From NCBI GenBank assembly GCA_947176775.1, contig CAMWRY010000001.1, positions 1-60,521 of the forward strand: a stretch of DNA of 60,521 bases. The letters are read 5' to 3'. Below the pieces are notes generated by a model. That model was not told the origin of the DNA. It searched no databases and saw only the letters and a program-made list of their open reading frames with translations. Positions 1-6,246 of the stretch are shown in pieces. Source of the stretch: an uncultured Bacteroides sp. GTDB lineage: Bacteria > Bacteroidota > Bacteroidia > Bacteroidales > Bacteroidaceae. Position 1 is the first letter of the stretch. Each line of letters begins with the position of its first letter. The position numbers and the translations under genes were made by a program.

Positions 1-458
1 GTGTAGGGGCGGATGCGGAGCTGCGCGTTGTAGTAGCGGACGTCGCCCGTCACTTCCTGCCCGATGAAGTCGGGCTTGACGAAGGATTCGTCCTCGAAGG
101 CGAGTTCCACTTCGGCCACAGTGAGTCCCTCGTTCTCGCCGTAGAACTCGTCCACCTCAAAAGTGTGGCGGCCGCTGCGCACCAGGTAGCGCGTCTTGTC
201 GATGATGCCCGGTTCGCAGAGTTTCATCAGTTCTTCGGCTTCCCGCAGAGGAATCTCTTTCTCCCACTCGTAACGGGCGATGCCCGAGGTGCCGGACGGT
301 CCCTTGATGGTGAGATAACCTTGGCGGTCGCGGATGCGCACGCGGACGGTCTTGCCGCGAGCACAGCAGATGTAGCCTTGGGCGATGCGGCTCTGCGCGT
401 AGGCTTGCGACTTGTACTCGCCGGTGACGAGGAATTTGCGTTCTATTTCTTGGGCCAC
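1..458 (-). CDS. CYTH domain protein (partial, runs off window start)
   Basis: Not in the ORF track. Manual translation from GTG at 458 gives (M)AQEIERKFLV...TVRVRIRDRQGYLTIKG...RYEWEKEI...IDKTRY...FEVDEFYGENEGLTVAEVEL, with the ExExK CYTH signature. Confidence 0.9.
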   Translation of the reverse strand, partial: MAQEIERKFLVTGEYKSQAYAQSRIAQGYICCARGKTVRVRIRDRQGYLTIKGPSGTSGIARYEWEKEIPLREAEELMKLCEPGIIDKTRYLVRSGRHTFEVDEFYGENEGLTVAEVELAFEDESFVKPDFIGQEVTGDVRYYNAQLRIRPY

Positions 459-519
459 GTTGGTAATTTGAGAATTTGAAAATTAAACAATATCGACTTT
501 CACACACTCCGCGGTTCTC

Positions 520-556
520 TCATCCTGAGCGGAGTCGAAGAATCCGCTCAGGATGA
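520..556. repeat. 14-bp perfect inverted repeat, REP-like or terminator
   Basis: TCATCCTGAGCGGA-9 nt-TCCGCTCAGGATGA, intergenic. Confidence 0.7.
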
Positions 557-596
557 ACATGCCCCCGGAAAGAGGCGCATAAAGAAGGCTATCGCC

Positions 597-734
597 TCAG
601 CCCCAGTAGGAGTAACCCACGAACATGGCGATGACCAGCACGATGGCCACGATGCCGATGCCTATCATCACTTTCTTGGCCTGCTGCTCCTCTCTACGGC
701 TATACTGCACTTGTTTCTTTTTGTTTTTTCCCAT
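597..734 (-). CDS. small single-TM membrane protein (45 aa)
   Basis: Manual translation MGKNKKKQVQYSRREEQQAKKVMIGIGIVAIVLVIAMFVGYSYWG*; basic N-terminus plus hydrophobic helix, co-oriented with neighbours. Confidence 0.75.
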   Translation of the reverse strand: MGKNKKKQVQYSRREEQQAKKVMIGIGIVAIVLVIAMFVGYSYWG

Positions 735-820
735 GGTTTTTCTTACAATTTAAAGTTCAACGATGAGCAAAGTAAGGGAGAATTCGGGAAGAAAACAAGC
801 GAAAGGGGGATTTTTTTCCT

Positions 821-1564
821 CTACATCATCATGTTCCTACGGATGGAGAACTTCACGATGGCCATGGCGTTGACGCACTTCAGCGGCAGGTCCATGGGTT
901 CGTGGTGGACGTTGTAGCTCACCAGCTGGATGCAGTCCGGCACGGCGGAGCGCTTGACGTACTTCACCGCCAGATACTCGTCGCCGCCACGGCTGAAGGA
1001 GACGAGGTACATTTCGCCGTAGAGGATGTCGGTGAAGTTGTCGATGGACTTGAAGCCCACGATGTCGCCCGACTTGAGGATGGGGTACATCGAGTCGCCC
1101 GAGATGCAGAGGGCCCCGTCGCACCGGGGCACGTTGGGCACCACGATTTTGCCCACCGCATACTGCGGCCGGTCTTCGAGCAGCGTCTTCAGGTTGGCTG
1201 CGGCCGAGATTTCGTAGAGCGGCACGCAATGGTCGTCCAAGGGGTCGGCTGTTTTCGGCGTGTGAAGAATCTCCACCTCGCCCTGCACCAGCTCGCTGTC
1301 GCAGTAGCCGCCCCGGCGCACGGGCGATCCCTTGCCCGTCAGCAGCCAGTTGTAGTCCACATCGGCCAGGCGGCCCAGCAGCAGGGGGAAGTCGATGCTG
1401 TTGCGCGCGCTCCAGTTGCTCAGCGTGGAGCGTGATATACCCAGAAAAGTAGCCAGTTCGCTGTCCGTCCTGAATCCTTTCGCCCGTTTGGCGCGCCTTA
1501 CGATGTCTGCCACACAGAACATCAGGTTTTCATCGTTTGCCATCTCTTTTTTCTCCTGATTCAT
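821..1564 (-). CDS. CI/LexA-like repressor (phage CI-type HTH + S24 peptidase domain)
   Basis: HTH DSELATFLGISRSTLSNW, 'DYNWLLTGKG', S24 Ser motif GDSMYP and Lys in AVKYV. The start could be a downstream Met. Confidence 0.9.
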   Translation of the reverse strand: MNQEKKEMANDENLMFCVADIVRRAKRAKGFRTDSELATFLGISRSTLSNWSARNSIDFPLLLGRLADVDYNWLLTGKGSPVRRGGYCDSELVQGEVEILHTPKTADPLDDHCVPLYEISAAANLKTLLEDRPQYAVGKIVVPNVPRCDGALCISGDSMYPILKSGDIVGFKSIDNFTDILYGEMYLVSFSRGGDEYLAVKYVKRSAVPDCIQLVSYNVHHEPMDLPLKCVNAMAIVKFSIRRNMMM

Positions 1565-1606
1565 ATTACATTAGCTGTTTTCTAAAAATTATTCTTTGAA
1601 AACTCT

Positions 1607-1651
1607 TGTTTTTAAAATGAAAACATTATTATCTTTGTCGGGACAAAATTA
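1607..1651. promoter_or_regulatory. overlapping divergent Bacteroidetes promoters plus candidate operator
   Basis: TAnnTTTG -7 box on + (TATCTTTG 1630-1637) and on - (TAATTTTG, 1644-1651); quasi-palindrome TGTTTTTAAAATGAAAACA at 1607-1625. Confidence 0.65.
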
Positions 1652-1690
1652 GTCATTAGTTTTATAAATGCAAATTTTAAAAGCTGAATT

Positions 1691-2137
1691 ATGAAAAACA
1701 TCCGAAAACCAGCAGAGACACTATTGTTTGTCATGACAGACACCAGTGTTCAACCCGAAGGACACCAGTGCCTGAGCCGACAGACTCCAGTGCTTGAGGC
1801 GACAGAGGCCAGTGTCTGTCCCTCTCCCCTCACCAAGCGCTGCCGCCGCTGCCAGCGCGAACTGCCCCTCAGCAACTTCTACCTCAAAAACCGGCTACAC
1901 ACCCCCGACAGCTATTGCAAGACGTGCCGCAAGGAGGACAACCGCCTGCGGCGCAAGCAACGCACCTGCCCGGCCGAAGCCGAAAGCAGCACCGCTCCCC
2001 GTTATCCGCTGATAACCGGCACCGATGATCCCGAACTGCGCATGAGCCTCATCCGTCATGCCTTGCAGACGGTACGGGCCAGCGTGCTCCGGAAACGGAA
2101 ACGACGATACGAGGAAGAAGCAAGAATTGAGGATTAA
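1691..2137 (+). CDS. hypothetical protein with CxxC...CxxC Zn ribbon
   Basis: KRCRRCQRELPLSNFY...DSYCKTC and a basic C-terminus; the N-terminus is encoded by a 22-bp repeat array. Confidence 0.75.
   Translation: MKNIRKPAETLLFVMTDTSVQPEGHQCLSRQTPVLEATEASVCPSPLTKRCRRCQRELPLSNFYLKNRLHTPDSYCKTCRKEDNRLRRKQRTCPAEAESSTAPRYPLITGTDDPELRMSLIRHALQTVRASVLRKRKRRYEEEARIED
1713..1820. repeat. 22-bp palindromic-unit tandem array, copy 1 (inside CDS)
   Basis: About 5 units of consensus GACAGACAC-NN-GTGTCTGTC-NN. Confidence 0.85.
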
Positions 2138-2278
2138 AGTTTTGCAAGTAGTCGGTGTCTCCTTAAAAGCAGACTTCCGCATGGCAATTCTCCTCCTCCC
2201 GGGAGGAGAATTGCCATGCGGCGCGCCAACCCATGCGGATATCGAGTGCCTACGGCATACCGAGTACTTGCAAAACTT
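2137..2278. mobile_element. MITE/REP-like composite palindromic element
   Basis: 20-bp terminal inverted repeats (AAGTTTTGCAAGTAGTCGGT / ACCGAGTACTTGCAAAACTT, 1 mismatch) around the hairpin CCGCATGGCAATTCTCCTCC..GGAGGAGAATTGCCATGCGG. Confidence 0.65.
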
Positions 2279-2319
2279 ATCACCTATCACTTATCACCAA
2301 CCATCTATCACCAACCACC

Positions 2320-3309
2320 ATGCCTAGAATCAAGAAACGGGGACTCGATTATTTCCCCATGAACACCGACTTCATCCAGAACCGCCTGGTGCGCCGCATC
2401 CTGAAGCGCGAAGGCGATGCCGCCCTGGCCATACTGCTGGGCACCTTCTCCTACATCTATGCCGACGAGGGCTACTACGTAGTGGCCGACGACCTCTTCT
2501 ATGACGACCTCTCCACCTGCCTCTACGAGCAGACGGCCGACGACGTGAGGCGCGTCCTTGCCCTGGCCGTGGAGTATGGCATCTTCAATGCCGACCTCTT
2601 CGCGCGCTACTCCATACTCACCTCCGCCGAGATACAACGCCAGTACCTCTTCAGCACCAAGCGCCGGAAAACCTCCACCATCGACGCACGCTACTGCCTG
2701 TCGGACGACTCCTGCCCCGAAGAGGAAGAGGCACAGAGAAAAAGCACACTGCCACAGCCCCTTACCGGACCGGAAGAGAGCACGGACCGCCAAGCCTCGG
2801 CCCACTGCCTGCCGGCAGAATCAGCAGCAACGGCCGTGCCCGATGGCTGCGCGGATGTAACATTTAAGCCCGAAAATGTAGCATCCGGTACACATAGCAT
2901 AGCACAGAATAGCAAAGCACAGGAAAGCATAGCAGAGCAAAGAAAAGAAAAACCCCTCCATAGTTCCCCCGAAAACGGGGGCACTGAAGGCGCGGACCGG
3001 GCGTCCGCGGAGGAGGCATACCCACGCAAGGAAGAGAACCGGCCGGAGGCGAAAAGCCTTGGCAAAGACGAGGAGTACCGCCGGAAAATAGCCGCCCTGC
3101 AACCGCCCCGGGACGGACAGAAGCGCAACCTGGAGGGACTCCTGCTCAACCTCCGCCAGTTCAACATAGCGCCACAGGAGCAGTATGCCATCATTCTCCG
3201 GAGCAACTTCGGCGCCATCGGCCACCCCATGTGGAAGGGCTTCGGCACACTGCGCGAAAGCCACGGCAAGATACGGCAACCGGGACGATACCTGCTGAGC
3301 CTCTGTTAG
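2320..3309 (+). CDS. DUF4373 (Lin1244/Lin1753-like) domain protein, phage replication-initiator-like
   Basis: Start MPRIKKRGLDYFP at 2320; motifs YIYADEGYY and ILTSAEIQRQY recognised as this Bacteroides family; low-complexity linker then a C-terminal domain. Confidence 0.8.
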   Translation: MPRIKKRGLDYFPMNTDFIQNRLVRRILKREGDAALAILLGTFSYIYADEGYYVVADDLFYDDLSTCLYEQTADDVRRVLALAVEYGIFNADLFARYSILTSAEIQRQYLFSTKRRKTSTIDARYCLSDDSCPEEEEAQRKSTLPQPLTGPEESTDRQASAHCLPAESAATAVPDGCADVTFKPENVASGTHSIAQNSKAQESIAEQRKEKPLHSSPENGGTEGADRASAEEAYPRKEENRPEAKSLGKDEEYRRKIAALQPPRDGQKRNLEGLLLNLRQFNIAPQEQYAIILRSNFGAIGHPMWKGFGTLRESHGKIRQPGRYLLSLC

Positions 3310-3362
3310 CGCCCTTGAAGGAACCGGAACTTTTTCATTTTGTGGAACGCTTTCCCTAAATC

Positions 3363-3396
3363 TGTTTCCCGAATGAAAACAAATCTCTTATCTTTG
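3363..3396 (+). promoter_or_regulatory. promoter of HU-like gene with second copy of candidate operator
   Basis: TGTTTCCCGAATGAAAACA (3363-3381) followed by TATCTTTG -7 box (3389-3396). Confidence 0.65.
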
Positions 3397-3459
3397 CAGT
3401 GTGATTAAGCTTAAGACACACAAAAAAACGGAACTATTCACTTTAAAACATTTACTATT

Positions 3460-3963
3460 ATGCCAGTACTTTACAAAACTATTCAATCGACCAAAGAGAA
3501 CAAAGAGGGAAAGAAACTCTACCACCCCCGTATCGTGCACACGGGCACCGTATCCACCACCCAGCTGGCGCGCGAGATAGCCGAATACTCCTCGCTCTCC
3601 ACCGGTGATGTGAAGAACACGATAGACAACATGGTCACCGTCATGACGAAGCACCTCCACGCCTCGGAGTCCGTCACCGTGGATGGTCTGGGCACCTTCA
3701 GCATCATCATGCGCTCCCGGGGAAAGGGTGCCGCCACCGCCGACGAGGTGAAAGCCGCACAGGCCCTGCTGCTGGTGCGCTTCACCCCCTCCTTCACCAA
3801 GAACCAGGACAACACCGTCGCCACCCGTTCGCTCATCACCGGCGTGAAGTGCGTGCCCTACAACGCAGCCTCCGGCAATGGCGGCAGCAACAGCGGAGGA
3901 GACAACAGCGGAGGCAACAGCGGTGGAGGCGACGGGGACCAAGGCAGTAGTCCGCTGGGATAA
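3460..3963 (+). CDS. HU family DNA-binding protein (Bacteroidetes HU-related type)
   Basis: LAREIAEYSSLSTGDVKNTI...ESVTVDGLGTFS, VRFTPS; Gly/Ser-rich tail ending PLG. Confidence 0.9.
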   Translation: MPVLYKTIQSTKENKEGKKLYHPRIVHTGTVSTTQLAREIAEYSSLSTGDVKNTIDNMVTVMTKHLHASESVTVDGLGTFSIIMRSRGKGAATADEVKAAQALLLVRFTPSFTKNQDNTVATRSLITGVKCVPYNAASGNGGSNSGGDNSGGNSGGGDGDQGSSPLG

Positions 3964-4034
3964 CAGCCTTGCGCCCGTAGCATACACAACACACAAGCTT
4001 TGCACACAAAACTAAATCAGGCTGAACCCATCCG

Positions 4035-4102
4035 CAGCTCCGGAGCCTCCTCTCCCACCCCCGGCCGGCAGGGGGGGAAGGGAGGATCGGCTTCCGAAGC
4101 TG
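4035..4102. terminator. GC-rich imperfect hairpin downstream of HU-like gene
   Basis: CAGCTCCGGAGCC-TCCTCTCCCACCCCC ... GGGGGGGAAGGGAGGA-TC-GGCTTCCGAAGCTG; no U-tract. Confidence 0.4.
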
Positions 4103-4109
4103 TAGGAAG

Positions 4110-4274
4110 ACGGGTGAACAACGGTTCGAAAGCGGTTAATAAACGGTTCATAAGTTGTTAATAAGCGGTTCATAAGCCATCATCATGCTGTTGATAAGCT
4201 ATCCGCAAACGGTTTATAAACTGTTCATAAGCCAGCTACCACCTGTTTATAAGTTGTTCATAAACTATTCATCA
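4110..4274. repeat. 11-bp tandem degenerate array (about 15 units)
   Basis: Units ACGGTTCGAAA, GCGGTTAATAA, ACGGTTCATAA, GTTGTTAATAA, GCGGTTCATAA ... ACTATTCATCA in exact 11-bp register. Confidence 0.85.
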
Positions 4275-4300
4275 ACCGATATCCTTTACCATCCTTTATC

Positions 4301-4741
4301 ATGCGAAAAATCAACTACCTCGTGGTGCATTGCAGCGCCACCCGGGAGGGGTGCGCGCTCACTCCCGAAGCCCTTGAAGCCGAACACCGCCGCCGCGGTT
4401 TCCGCACAACGGGCTATCACTACTACATCCGCCGCGACGGCACCACCGTCCTCACCCGTCCCCTCGCGCTTGTGGGGGCGCACGTGAAAGGCTACAACAA
4501 GCACTCCATCGGCATCTGCTACGAAGGCGGACTGGATGCCCGGGGCTGTCCCAAGGATACCCGTACACCCGAACAGCGCACTGCCCTGCGCCTGCTTGTG
4601 GCCCATCTTCTGAAGCAGTTTCGCACCGCCCGTGTCTGCGGCCACCGCGACCTCAGCCCCGACCTGAACGGCAACGGAACGGTGGAACCCGCCGAATGGC
4701 TGAAAGCCTGCCCGTGCTTCGAGGTAAGCACGGAATTGTGA
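4301..4741 (+). CDS. N-acetylmuramoyl-L-alanine amidase (T7 lysozyme-like Amidase_2)
   Basis: VVHCSAT, GYHYY, GAHVKGYN, SIGICYEGG, CGHRDLS, KACPCF; no signal peptide. Confidence 0.95.
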   Translation: MRKINYLVVHCSATREGCALTPEALEAEHRRRGFRTTGYHYYIRRDGTTVLTRPLALVGAHVKGYNKHSIGICYEGGLDARGCPKDTRTPEQRTALRLLVAHLLKQFRTARVCGHRDLSPDLNGNGTVEPAEWLKACPCFEVSTEL

Positions 4742-4779
4742 ATCGCTTACATGAAACTCACATTAAACTATCACCCACT

Positions 4780-4884
4780 ATGAAAATAAGCAAAGAAACC
4801 TGGAAAACCATCCTGAAAGTCATCGGCGCCGCCATCGCCGCCATTGCCAGCACGCTGGGAGTGAATGCGATAAACAGACCGTAG
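4780..4884 (+). CDS. smalltalk-family small membrane protein (34 aa)
   Basis: MKISKETWKTILKVIGAAIAAIASTLGVNAINRP; typical size, sequence and HU/amidase context. Confidence 0.85.
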   Translation: MKISKETWKTILKVIGAAIAAIASTLGVNAINRP

Positions 4885-4907
4885 CGGCCTGATTCAAGAA
4901 AAGAAGA

Positions 4908-4953
4908 GAGAGGTGGAGAAGAGGCTGACAAAAAGCGCTCTTCCCCACCTCTC
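4908..4953. terminator. hairpin between convergent smalltalk gene and prfB
   Basis: GAGAGGTGGAGAAGAG ... CTCTTCCCCACCTCTC. Confidence 0.55.
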
Positions 4954-5017
4954 CTTATACAATGTCCATGCAGCAAACCTATTGCTACGAGTATTCACAA
5001 GAGAGATGCCCGACCCT

Positions 5018-6133
5018 TTACTCGCCGCTTCCGGCAAACTCCATCAGGTAGGCCTTGATGAAGCCGTCTATCTTTCCGTCCATCACGCCGTTCACGTCGC
5101 TGGTCTGGAAGTTGGTGCGGTGGTCCTTCACGCGGCGATCGTCGAAGACGTAGCTGCGAATCTGGCTGCCCCACTCTATCTTCTTCTTGCCGGCCTCCAC
5201 TTTGGCCTGCTCGGCCATGCGGTGCTGCAACTCTTTGTCGTAGAGCATGGAGCGGAGGAGCCGGAGGGCATTCTCGCGGTTCTTGGGCTGGTCGCGCGTC
5301 TCGGTATTCTCAATCAGGATTTCTTCTTCCTCGCCCGTGTAGGGGTCCTTGTACTGGTAGCGCAGGCGCACGCCGGACTCCACCTTGTTCACGTTCTGGC
5401 CGCCGGCACCACCGCTTCGGAAGGTATCCCACGACATACGGGCAGGCTCGATGTTCACCTCGATGGTGTCGTCCACCAGCGGAGTGACGAAAACCGACGC
5501 GAACGAAGTCATGCGCTTGCCCTGAGCGTTGTAGGGCGACACACGCACCAGGCGGTGCACGCCGTTCTCACCCTTCAGATAGCCGTAGGCATAGCTGCCG
5601 GAGATTTCGATGGTGCAGGTCTTGATGCCGGCCTCGTCGCCCTCCTGCAGGTTGGCGATGGTGGCCTTGTAACCGTTGGTCTCGGCATAGCGCAGGTACA
5701 TGCGCATCAGCATGCTGGCCCAGTCCTGGCTCTCCGTGCCGCCGGCACCGGAGTTTATCTTCAGCACACAGTCCATCTGGTCGGCCTCCTCGCGAAGCAT
5801 GTTCTTCAGTTCGAGGGCTTCGATGGCAGTGGCGGCCTTGGCGTAGGCATCGTCCACCTCTTCTTCGGTCACCAGCTCGTCCTTGTAGAAGTCGAAGGCC
5901 AGCTGCACTTCATCGGTCAGGGTCTTCACCTCGTTGTAGCCGGAAATCCATTGCTGCAAGCCTTTCACTTTCTTCATCTGTGCCTCGGCGGCCTTCTGGT
6001 CGTCCCAGAAGCCGGGGGCCTGGGTGCGAAGCTGCTCTTCTTCCACCTGTATTTTCTTTCCTTCGATGTCCAGATAGCGGTTCAGCGCTTCGGTACGTTC
6101 CTTGATATCTTTCAGTTGTTCTGAGGTAATCAT
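5018..6133 (-). CDS. prfB: peptide chain release factor 2 (single ORF, no frameshift)
   Basis: GAGGQNVNKVES (GGQ), VHRLVRVSPY, WGSQIRSY; start MITSEQ at 6133. Confidence 0.97.
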   Translation of the reverse strand: MITSEQLKDIKERTEALNRYLDIEGKKIQVEEEQLRTQAPGFWDDQKAAEAQMKKVKGLQQWISGYNEVKTLTDEVQLAFDFYKDELVTEEEVDDAYAKAATAIEALELKNMLREEADQMDCVLKINSGAGGTESQDWASMLMRMYLRYAETNGYKATIANLQEGDEAGIKTCTIEISGSYAYGYLKGENGVHRLVRVSPYNAQGKRMTSFASVFVTPLVDDTIEVNIEPARMSWDTFRSGGAGGQNVNKVESGVRLRYQYKDPYTGEEEEILIENTETRDQPKNRENALRLLRSMLYDKELQHRMAEQAKVEAGKKKIEWGSQIRSYVFDDRRVKDHRTNFQTSDVNGVMDGKIDGFIKAYLMEFAGSGE

Positions 6134-6159
6134 AATGCACATTTACAATTTTAGAGGTG

Positions 6160-6218
6160 CAAAGGTAAGAAAAAATTGCCCCACAACGGCCAAACAATCA
6201 AAAAAATACATACTTTTG
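6160..6218. promoter_or_regulatory. divergent -7 boxes for prfB and the M16 peptidase gene
   Basis: TACCTTTG on - (6160-6167) and TACTTTTG on + (6211-6218). Confidence 0.6.
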
Positions 6219-6246
6219 CCCCCTATCAACTTAATACATTCATTTT

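Noticed and set aside
821-4884. Intact prophage or ICE
   Set aside because: No integrase, att repeats, terminase, capsid, tail or conjugation genes; the flanks are housekeeping genes.
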